Shown piece after piece: positions 1 through 6,661 of a DNA stretch of 53,196 nt. The notes beneath the pieces were generated by a model. It had not been told where the DNA came from. It saw nothing but the letters and a program-made list of their open reading frames with translations, and searched no databases. The first letter of the stretch is position 1. The number at the start of each line of letters is the position of its first letter. The position numbers and the translations under genes are program-made. The stretch lies in IMG/VR virus record IMGVR_UViG_3300020045_008062, positions 1 through 53,196 of that record; one strand, written 5' to 3'. This DNA comes from a virus. Its lineage: Duplodnaviria; Caudoviricetes.

Positions 1-17
1 CCGTTACCAGTAATATT
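1..17 (+). repeat. Partial attC-like site (R' end only; window starts here)
   Basis: CC-GTTACCAGTAATATT; reverse complement matches AATACTACTGGTAAC at 265-279 (14/15). Confidence 0.8.
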
Positions 18-249
18 ACACCTGACAATGTGCATATTTACCATCTTTTAAATTTGAACACATTGTTGAAGATAATTCCCAAATTCTTTCTAAAGCGTAA
101 AAGTCTTTGTGTGTAATCCCATTATTATTGTTGTACTCCATCATTTCGTAGTACTTTTTTTCAACTTCTTTTTGAAATTCAAATACTCTTTCATTTTTTG
201 TGCCTTCTAATTGGAAGAACTCTACTGCAATTTGTTTTAGTGTTGCCAT
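16..249 (-). CDS. Cassette 1 hypothetical protein (77 aa)
   Basis: ORF fills the space between GTTA (3) and TAAC (279). Confidence 0.75.
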   Translation of the reverse strand: MATLKQIAVEFFQLEGTKNERVFEFQKEVEKKYYEMMEYNNNNGITHKDFYALERIWELSSTMCSNLKDGKYAHCQV

Positions 250-272
250 TACGTTTTTGTTTAAAATACTAC

Positions 273-403
273 TGGTAACATATGCTACACAATAGCTGGG
301 TTAATTGTTTAATTTAAAGTCTGTTTTGCACTTGAATAATTTGTCTTAAATCGATGTATGGTTTTGTGCTTAACCAGCCATCGTGTAGCATCAGCCGTTA
401 GTA
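273..403 (+). repeat. attC-like site 1
   Basis: TGGTAAC...ATGCTACACAATAGCTGG / CCAGCCATCGTGTAGCAT...GTTAGTA. Confidence 0.85.
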
Positions 404-418
404 GCAAGACTACGTTTG

Positions 419-703
419 CTACTCAAAACTACTATTGTCCACACGTTTTGAAAGTCTATCTAACTTAAACGCTTTAGTTTCATCTACTCTTGATTGTACC
501 GATGGAAACATATATTTTATTTGTTCAATCATAATTTCAACATCTGCTATTTCTCCGCACATATCAACAAATCTTTCTTCTGTTGAGTTTCTTACGAATT
601 TTCTAACGGCTAATGCTAATTCCGTAGCTTCTTCTTGAGCCATTTCTAATTGAGCTGTTTGCCCCCATTTTTCAATTGTTTTTTTGTAAATTTCGTTTGA
701 CAT
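419..703 (-). CDS. Cassette 2 MazG-like nucleotide pyrophosphohydrolase
   Basis: QEEATEL...GEIADV acidic helical motifs of the MazG-like/all-alpha NTP-PPase superfamily. Confidence 0.75.
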   Translation of the reverse strand: MSNEIYKKTIEKWGQTAQLEMAQEEATELALAVRKFVRNSTEERFVDMCGEIADVEIMIEQIKYMFPSVQSRVDETKAFKLDRLSKRVDNSSFE

Positions 704-750
704 TTTATTTAGTTTTTATAATTAATATTCGTTTTAATGAGCCGTCCAGC

Positions 751-829
751 TACTAACACTCGCTACAAGCTAGTAGCCGAAAGTGTGTTGGCGCATAGGC
801 TACCATCTTGTAGCGAGATAACGTTATGT
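751..829 (+). repeat. attC-like site 2 (short type)
   Basis: TACTAAC-A-CTCGCTACAAG / CTTGTAGCGAG-ATAAC-GTTATGT, perfect 11-bp arm. Confidence 0.85.
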
Positions 830-847
830 GATATACTACTATTGTGG

Positions 848-1105
848 TTAAAATGGCAAACCATCGTCGATATATTTATTTTCACAACTATAAGGTATTT
901 TCATAATTAATGGCGGTTCTGGAGAAAATGAATTTGGTATATTAATTCCTTTTTGTTCCATTGTGTAAATCAAAATAGAAATATAATGATTCAATCCTCT
1001 ATCATCATAATCATCTTCGTATTGTTGTCTTGATATTTCTAAACATTCAGCTTCATTATAACAATCTCTTCCTAATACGCCTCCACAAGCTCTACAGTTT
1101 GCCAT
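848..1105 (-). CDS. Cassette 3 hypothetical protein, N-terminal Cys cluster
   Basis: CRAC...C...C; ORF fits cassette. Confidence 0.7.
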   Translation of the reverse strand: MANCRACGGVLGRDCYNEAECLEISRQQYEDDYDDRGLNHYISILIYTMEQKGINIPNSFSPEPPLIMKIPYSCENKYIDDGLPF

Positions 1106-1139
1106 TTCAATAATATTTAGTTGTTAATAATCGTACATC

Positions 1140-1274
1140 ACATAACACACGTTTGCAGTTATGGCTTATATCGTTTTTTCCTGCGGAAAAACCTCTGATA
1201 ATCTTAATTTGGGTTTGTGCTTGTTTATTTTAGTCCTGAATCCCGCCACATCTGCAAGCGTGGGAACGTTAGCA
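1140..1274 (+). repeat. attC-like site 3
   Basis: ACATAAC-A-CACGTTTGCAG / CTGCAAGCGTG-GGAAC-GTTAGCA. Confidence 0.85.
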
Positions 1275-1279
1275 AACAG

Positions 1280-1474
1280 CTACACAACATTGTCGTTAAG
1301 AAGCTTAATTGCTTTTTGAAGTTCAATTATTTCTAATTCAATATTTGCTAAATCATTTTGCAGAAATTCGTGGTCGCAAACCATTTCGCAGTTATCAAAA
1401 TCGGAATCTTTTTTATCCCATTCTTTACCTAATAATTCAATTCTTTTTTCAAGAACTTTAATTGCTTGTTTCAT
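1280..1474 (-). CDS. Cassette 4 small coiled-coil hypothetical protein
   Basis: 64-aa ORF fits cassette. Confidence 0.7.
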   Translation of the reverse strand: MKQAIKVLEKRIELLGKEWDKKDSDFDNCEMVCDHEFLQNDLANIELEIIELQKAIKLLNDNVV

Positions 1475-1498
1475 ATTTTATCTGAATAAAAGCCGATT

Positions 1499-1634
1499 TG
1501 CTAACAGTGGTTTTGCGAGATTTTCGGCACTTGGTTTAATTTAATTTTTAGTTTGTACTTGTTGTTTTTTTTGCTCAACTGAAAGATTACGCATCCTTAA
1601 CCGAAAATCCTCGCAAAGCCACGAACCGTTAGGG
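1499..1634 (+). repeat. attC-like site 4
   Basis: TGCTAAC-A-GTGGTTTTGCGAGATTTTCGG / CCGAAAATCCTCGCAAAGCCAC-GAACC-GTTAGGG. Confidence 0.85.
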
Positions 1635-1642
1635 ATAACCGC

Positions 1643-2044
1643 CTATTGGAGTCCAAAAACAGAATCTAAAAAGACAGTATCATTAGTGAATGAATCACAT
1701 TCTTTTGGCATTGGTTCTTGGTATTCAAAAGTTTCAGGATGTTTTTCTAAAGCACTTGATTTTTCAATTGAAAACGGATACATTATTTTATCAAATTTTG
1801 TGCATTTAAAAGCACTAACTTGTTTTGTTGAATATTGAGTTTCCCCATTTTCATAATCATAGCCAATTTCAAAATCAACATCAATATCTTCTCTTTCTAA
1901 AAACACACATCCATTAGTACACGCTCTGAAATTTAATGGATTGCAATTGCATTTTTCTTCGTGATTTGCCATTGCGTGTTTTCGCTTCAATTCCTTTTTA
2001 CAAAAATCACATTTGTAAATTGTAACATTTTCTATTGTTTTCAT
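1643..2044 (-). CDS. Cassette 5 Cys-rich, putative zinc-finger protein
   Basis: YKCDFCKK...HEEKC motif plus further Cys. Confidence 0.7.
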   Translation of the reverse strand: MKTIENVTIYKCDFCKKELKRKHAMANHEEKCNCNPLNFRACTNGCVFLEREDIDVDFEIGYDYENGETQYSTKQVSAFKCTKFDKIMYPFSIEKSSALEKHPETFEYQEPMPKECDSFTNDTVFLDSVFGLQ

Positions 2045-2073
2045 AAATTATAGATTAGTAATTCGTGGTATAT

Positions 2074-2207
2074 CCCTAACACGTGCTTGTATCAATGGCT
2101 TGCATCGTTTTTTCCTTCGGAAAAACCGCTGGCGGGATTAATCAGGATTTATCGGTTGTGCTTGGGTCTTGAATCTTAGCCACTGAGACAAGCACACAAC
2201 GTTATAA
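2074..2207 (+). repeat. attC-like site 5
   Basis: CCCTAAC-AC-GTGCTTGT / ACAAGCAC-ACAAC-GTTATAA. Confidence 0.85.
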
Positions 2208-2208
2208 C

Positions 2209-2415
2209 TCATTTTGCAGAACGTTTGCTAGTAACTAGTTCGGTTTTGTGAATTACTATATCTTCATTTTCAAAAGGAGTTTCAAAATTCCATCTATCGA
2301 GAGTAAATTTTGAAACTTTCAAAGTTTTTCCCCAAGTCGTGCAAAGTATTGTTAAATCCCCGTAATGAAAATGAAACCCACTTGCCTTAAATTCTAAATG
2401 ATATATCTTTCTCAT
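2209..2415 (-). CDS. Cassette 6 ORF3, hypothetical
   Basis: 68-aa ORF, stop 8 nt from GTTA. Confidence 0.7.
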   Translation of the reverse strand: MRKIYHLEFKASGFHFHYGDLTILCTTWGKTLKVSKFTLDRWNFETPFENEDIVIHKTELVTSKRSAK

Positions 2416-2573
2416 TACTTGTGATTTTTAATTAATTCAATTGCATTATTAATTTCTTTTAACTTTTGATTTCTTTGTGCAAAATCATCAGGATAATTTT
2501 CGGGTTTCCATCCTTTTAAACAATCTTCTAAAAGTTTCTTTTCTCTCTCAAGAATAAATATTGCTTCGTTCAT
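2415..2573 (-). CDS. Cassette 6 ORF2, hypothetical (52 aa, absent from ORF track)
   Basis: MNEAIFILEREKKLLEDCLKGWKPENYPDDFAQRNQKLKEINNAIELIKNHK; TAATG overlap with the next ORF. Confidence 0.65.
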   Translation of the reverse strand: MNEAIFILEREKKLLEDCLKGWKPENYPDDFAQRNQKLKEINNAIELIKNHK

Positions 2574-2579
2574 GGCTTA

Positions 2580-2792
2580 TTAAGTTAAGGCGATTATTTG
2601 ACCATTAATCCATTGGCTATAAGTTTTTGGGTTTCCAAATTTTTCTACATTATCCGAATTTCTTTTATGATATTCAGTATATCCTTTTTTTGAATCTTGT
2701 ATAAATTCCTCGAAAGATTTATAAGCATTTCTACAAGCTATAAATAGACATTTTAAATCATCTTGGTCGATAGTAAAATCAATATTTCCCAT
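2580..2792 (-). CDS. Cassette 6 ORF1, hypothetical
   Basis: 70-aa ORF downstream of an internal promoter. Confidence 0.7.
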   Translation of the reverse strand: MGNIDFTIDQDDLKCLFIACRNAYKSFEEFIQDSKKGYTEYHKRNSDNVEKFGNPKTYSQWINGQIIALT

Positions 2793-2841
2793 AATACAAA
2801 TTGTTTAGAAATTGCCGTGAATATCACTTCCTTATTTCTTT

Positions 2842-2891
2842 TACAAATATAGTAATTAATATTTGTATAAACCTAATTAAATTACAAATAT
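2842..2891 (-). promoter_or_regulatory. Cassette-internal Bacteroidota-type promoter with operator-like repeats
   Basis: TATATTTG on minus strand (2844-2851); TACAAATAT/ATATTTGTA/TACAAATAT at 2842, 2859, 2883. Confidence 0.6.
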
Positions 2892-2927
2892 TATTAATAA
2901 AAATTGTAAATAAATAAAAAAAACGAG

Positions 2928-3058
2928 TGATAACAACGGTTTGGAGCGATTGCAAGATTAGGATTTACTCGAATTATTAGAAAGAAAATTAAAAACTGTC
3001 TTGTACTTTTAAAAATAGTCTTGAATTTTTGCAACCGCACCAAGCCGATACGTTACCA
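2928..3058 (+). repeat. attC-like site 6
   Basis: TGATAAC-AA-CGGTTTGG / CCAAGCCG-ATAC-GTTACCA. Confidence 0.8.
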
Positions 3059-3064
3059 GTAATG

Positions 3065-3391
3065 CTACGAAACCTGCTCAACAACCTTTATTTTTTGTCT
3101 TTTTGTCTCCCAATCTCTCATTGCTATTATTTTAGCATCAAAATATACTCTCTGTTTATTATTACAGACCACATAAGCTATGTAATGTGTTTTTTCTGCG
3201 TAGTAATCTTTTAAAGCTATTACAGGAAAATCTTTTTCACTTCCTTCAGTGCCTTCCATCACAACTACGTGATACATATAATAATTTCTATTTCTTGACC
3301 TGAAATGAAATACTTTCAATAAATCTCCAACTAATATTTGTTTTCCAGATTGGTCAAAATATGTGTTGTTTTTTCTTTCTTCTAATGTCAT
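3065..3391 (-). CDS. Cassette 7 protein with YopX-like motif
   Basis: DQSGKQILVGDLL resembles the DxxGkeIyeGDil motif of phage YopX proteins. Confidence 0.55.
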   Translation of the reverse strand: MTLEERKNNTYFDQSGKQILVGDLLKVFHFRSRNRNYYMYHVVVMEGTEGSEKDFPVIALKDYYAEKTHYIAYVVCNNKQRVYFDAKIIAMRDWETKRQKIKVVEQVS

Positions 3392-3427
3392 TTTTTAAGT
3401 TTTAAATTTGTAAATAAAAAGCACTAC

Positions 3428-3504
3428 TGGTAACAATCACTATACTGCAGTTGCCGAATATACTAAACCGCATAGGCAACCGCAGTATAGTTTTAACGTT
3501 ATCA
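3428..3504 (+). repeat. attC-like site 7 (short type)
   Basis: TGGTAAC...ACTATACTGC / GCAGTATAGT...GTTATCA. Confidence 0.85.
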
Positions 3505-3510
3505 GGAATA

Positions 3511-3699
3511 CTACGATTTGTTTTCATAGATGATTTTTTCAATATCATTGGCGATTTTATCCATCATTTCAGATATTTTCAACTCATACCTTTGTTCCTC
3601 TTTATTTTCATTTATTGAACTCCAATCAAAATATTGATTTGCATATTCTTTTAATTTGTTTTTGTAATCTATTAGTTTTTGTTCTTGAATACTATTCAT
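3511..3699 (-). CDS. Cassette 8 hypothetical protein
   Basis: 62-aa ORF fits cassette. Confidence 0.7.
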   Translation of the reverse strand: MNSIQEQKLIDYKNKLKEYANQYFDWSSINENKEEQRYELKISEMMDKIANDIEKIIYENKS

Positions 3700-3729
3700 A
3701 ATATATTTAGTTTTAAATTGCCGTACTCC

Positions 3730-3865
3730 TGATAACAGTTGCTATAAGAGATTTTCGGCATAGTGATTAATCGTTTTAATTGTGTGTATTTGCGATGATT
3801 TGGCAAAGTGGAAAGATGGTTTTATACTCATCCGAAAATCCTCTTATAGCAACAATCCGTTATAG
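3730..3865 (+). repeat. attC-like site 8
   Basis: TGATAAC-A-GTTGCTATAAGAGATTTTCGG / CCGAAAATCCTCTTATAGCAAC-AATCC-GTTATAG; 21-bp arm with one extra C. Confidence 0.88.
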
Positions 3866-3894
3866 CTTATGGCTCGATTTCGGTTTTTAAGAAC

Positions 3895-4206
3895 TTAATC
3901 AAAAATATTAGCTACGTGACTTCTATATTCCTCTTCTTTAAAAATGAATAAATAAGTACTGTAAAATGGTAGCCAAATATGAAGTGTGCTTCCTGCTAAA
4001 TAGTTATAAATAGGATTTTTAAAATGGTCTATAGGGTAATCAAAATCATTTTCCCATTGCATAATTGAATAGAATATATGTTTAAATATTCCTAACAATC
4101 CAATCATTGCAATCATATAGGAAATTATATTTAACGGAAACCAAACCATTAAAGCTGTAAATAAGAAAATTATAGGGCTAACAATTATTTTAAATATTAT
4201 TTTCAT
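3895..4206 (-). CDS. Cassette 9 small membrane protein
   Basis: Long hydrophobic N-terminal segments. Confidence 0.7.
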   Translation of the reverse strand: MKIIFKIIVSPIIFLFTALMVWFPLNIISYMIAMIGLLGIFKHIFYSIMQWENDFDYPIDHFKNPIYNYLAGSTLHIWLPFYSTYLFIFKEEEYRSHVANIFD

Positions 4207-4238
4207 AACACGTTTAGTTTTTAAAAACCCACCACAAG

Positions 4239-4372
4239 CTATAACAGCAATTTGTGGTAATTCGGGTATTAGTTATTAATTTATTTTTGGTCTTGCATTT
4301 GTAAAATCTGTCTTGCATCGGTACTTTAGGATTTATTTACCCCAAACTACCACAAGTTGCAGGACGTTATCA
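4239..4372 (+). repeat. attC-like site 9
   Basis: CTATAAC-A-GCAATTTGTGGTA / TACCACAAGTTGC-AGGAC-GTTATCA. Confidence 0.85.
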
Positions 4373-4726
4373 GCAACCGCCCACAATCATCGTAAAGTGT
4401 TCACGACAAACATAAGCTGTTAAGTTATGGCGCATTCTATCGGGGTCGTCCGATGGAATTTCTTCTCCTAATTTATTGGTTGCATCTTTTCCGCAAACTG
4501 AACAAATCTCTCCTTCACAACTTCCAGAAATAAAATAAGGTGCAAATAATTCTAATGCTTTTGGTCTTTTGAAAGTATCAAATCCAATAGTTTTTGTTTG
4601 TGCATTTTGAGGAAAATAAGTATAATAATTTCTTTGAGGTATCCATCCATATTCGTCCATAAGTCCATTAGCTATGTCAAAATAATTTCCAAAAACCTCT
4701 TGTAATTTTTCTTTAGGTGGTAACAT
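4370..4726 (-). CDS. Cassette 10 protein with C-terminal CxxC...CxxH zinc-finger-like motif
   Basis: CSVC...CREH; stop codon lies inside the R' core. Confidence 0.7.
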   Translation of the reverse strand: MLPPKEKLQEVFGNYFDIANGLMDEYGWIPQRNYYTYFPQNAQTKTIGFDTFKRPKALELFAPYFISGSCEGEICSVCGKDATNKLGEEIPSDDPDRMRHNLTAYVCREHFTMIVGGC

Positions 4727-4761
4727 ATAAATAGTTTTAAAATTAGTATTAAGTGGTATGC

Positions 4762-4852
4762 TGATAACAAATGATAATGGCTATTTGCACAACCATTTTC
4801 CTCCGAAACAACTTCTGTAGTGGCAAACAGCCACTATCATCCACCGTTAGTG
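4762..4852 (+). repeat. attC-like site 10 (distal end of array)
   Basis: TGATAAC...TGATAATGGCT / AGCCACTATCA...GTTAGTG. Confidence 0.85.
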
Positions 4853-4855
4853 GCA

Positions 4856-4926
4856 ATATTCAAATGTACAAAACATACGTTTACAAATTACAAACAAAAG
4901 TAATTTATAGTAATTATAAATAGTGT
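4856..4926 (-). promoter_or_regulatory. Phage promoter pointing into the cassette array, with upstream palindromic box
   Basis: TACATTTG -7 element (4861-4868); 32 bp identical to 44205-44236; AATTTATAGTAATTATAAATA at 4902-4922. Confidence 0.7.
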
Positions 4927-5648
4927 TATTGAATATTTCCAAAATGACAAAATACATTTTCATAAATTCCTAATTCCTTGTTAATTGAATTACGCAAACG
5001 AATACGATCTTCTAAACTGTATTCGTTGTCAGATTTTTTTAATCTAATTGCGATTTTAGAAGCTAATTTATAAATCTGATGGTATTGTTCATTTGTGATG
5101 TGTAATTGCGGTGTTCGCCTCAAATCGGCTATAAAAGTCATATATTCCTGTCCATACTCTTTTACAATTCCTTCACGCAATAAACCATCATCATTTTGAA
5201 AGTGGTTTGATTGCGCGCTTTGTCTGTGGATGTTGTGTAAATTGAATCGGATTGTTTGATTGCCTCCACGCGCAAATACGTGACCTGCATCATACTTTTT
5301 TGCTGGATAATCACGAGCCAAACAATTCAAACCTTTATCAATTAATCTAACGATTAGATTTACTTTTACCTGAAGTTCTTTTGACCAATTTTTAGCAGCT
5401 TCTTTATCTTTTTTATGCTGAACTTTGTCAAATGGCTTAATTACTGGGCTTTCTTTTTCAACGGCTTTTTTTGTGATTCGCATTGCTTTATTCATATATA
5501 ATTGGCCTGCCTCGGTATCCATTAACCATTTTGGAAAACAACACATTTTCCCTAAACCAAACTTTCTGTTTTCTATTTTTACCATTTTGCCGCATCCTTC
5601 AAATCCGAATGCGGCATCTTGACCATTACATATTTTCTCTTTGATCAT
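4926..5648 (-). CDS. ninG: NinG/Rap-like recombination endonuclease
   Basis: VRLID...C...DAGH...IRFNLHNIHRQ...N motif of lambda NinG family. Confidence 0.75.
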   Translation of the reverse strand: MIKEKICNGQDAAFGFEGCGKMVKIENRKFGLGKMCCFPKWLMDTEAGQLYMNKAMRITKKAVEKESPVIKPFDKVQHKKDKEAAKNWSKELQVKVNLIVRLIDKGLNCLARDYPAKKYDAGHVFARGGNQTIRFNLHNIHRQSAQSNHFQNDDGLLREGIVKEYGQEYMTFIADLRRTPQLHITNEQYHQIYKLASKIAIRLKKSDNEYSLEDRIRLRNSINKELGIYENVFCHFGNIQ

Positions 5649-6658
5649 TAGAAAAGTTCTTTAGGTTTCTCAACAAAATTAAAACGTTTGGTAACTTCTT
5701 TCATATTCAAAATTGCCTGTTTGAAATAGCTGTCTTTTAATTCAATTCCAATTGCCTTTCTTCCCATAGATACAGGACTGAAAACCTCGCTTCCAACTCC
5801 CATAAAAGGAGTTAAAACAACCTCTCCAGGGTTTGAATACAACTCAATTAAACGATCAATTACATCTAACTGTAAAGGATGCACGTGTTTCTCGTCGTCC
5901 TCTTCTTTTGAATCCCTAAAAGGCAAAACATTATCAATTCTGATATCATCCCAAACAGATGAGGCATAACGCTGCCAAACATAATGATTCAATTTAGTAA
6001 TTTTATCATCTTCATTTATGTTATTTAGATGATCCCACAATTGAACTTCATTTAAATTTGAATTATTGGCATTATTCCAAGCTCTTAGAATATTTGGCAA
6101 TATTGGAATTTCACCAGCGTAATGATTCATTCCGTATTTGTGAGTTACAGGAACTTCATTTTCTCCTTTTTTAGTGAAAATTAAAACATAGTCCGGCATT
6201 GCTGTAAAACATTTTGTAGAATCTTCAACAATGAATTTATGCATTAAAGATTGAACCATTGTACGCATACGCACTTTTAAAGGTTCTTTCCAAATTGTAA
6301 TTCTGTTACGATATTCAAAACCATACTTTTCATGAATCTTAATAATTTCATGAGGGAAATCCCAAAGACGGCATGTATTATCAAAAACATCTGTCGCATG
6401 AACTGCAGTTATTCGCCCTAGCTTTGTTACTCTTGAAATTTCTTTTACCAAATAATCGTATTGTTCTAAAAATTGTTCTTTGGTTTCACAATTTGAAAAG
6501 TCATTTTCTGAACTTGAATAATTATAAAGTCCGGCGAAAGGCGGAGAATATACCGATAAATCAATGCTTTTATCTTCTAGTGTAGGCAAAACCAACATGC
6601 AATCTGAATTATAAATTGCGTAATTTTCTGTAATAACTTGATCTTTTACTTTGCTCAT
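5648..6658 (-). CDS. DNA N4-cytosine/N6-adenine methyltransferase (beta class)
   Basis: SPPF catalytic motif precedes TPFMGVGS SAM-binding motif. Confidence 0.9.
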   Translation of the reverse strand: MSKVKDQVITENYAIYNSDCMLVLPTLEDKSIDLSVYSPPFAGLYNYSSSENDFSNCETKEQFLEQYDYLVKEISRVTKLGRITAVHATDVFDNTCRLWDFPHEIIKIHEKYGFEYRNRITIWKEPLKVRMRTMVQSLMHKFIVEDSTKCFTAMPDYVLIFTKKGENEVPVTHKYGMNHYAGEIPILPNILRAWNNANNSNLNEVQLWDHLNNINEDDKITKLNHYVWQRYASSVWDDIRIDNVLPFRDSKEEDDEKHVHPLQLDVIDRLIELYSNPGEVVLTPFMGVGSEVFSPVSMGRKAIGIELKDSYFKQAILNMKEVTKRFNFVEKPKELF

Positions 6659-6661
6659 TTT

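Larger units (their letters stand above)
1..4858 (+). mobile_element. Integron-like gene cassette array (10 cassettes, 12 small ORFs)
   Basis: Small ORFs alternate with TAAC...GTTA imperfect palindromes; each cassette starts GTTA+N and ends with the reverse complement of that same sequence. Confidence 0.88.

Noticed and set aside
273-4852. Hairpins as ordinary intrinsic terminators or REP elements
   Set aside because: They lack U-tracts, have invariant TAAC/GTTA ends, show cross-cassette complementarity and are confined to one locus.
1-4858. CRISPR array interpretation of the periodic repeats
   Set aside because: Repeats are non-identical 77-136 bp hairpins, the intervening units are whole genes, and no cas genes are present.
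1-4858. Shufflon/invertible-segment interpretation (genes flanked by inverted repeats)
   Set aside because: All ORFs share one orientation and each repeat pair is cassette-specific, which fits excision/integration better. Not formally excluded.
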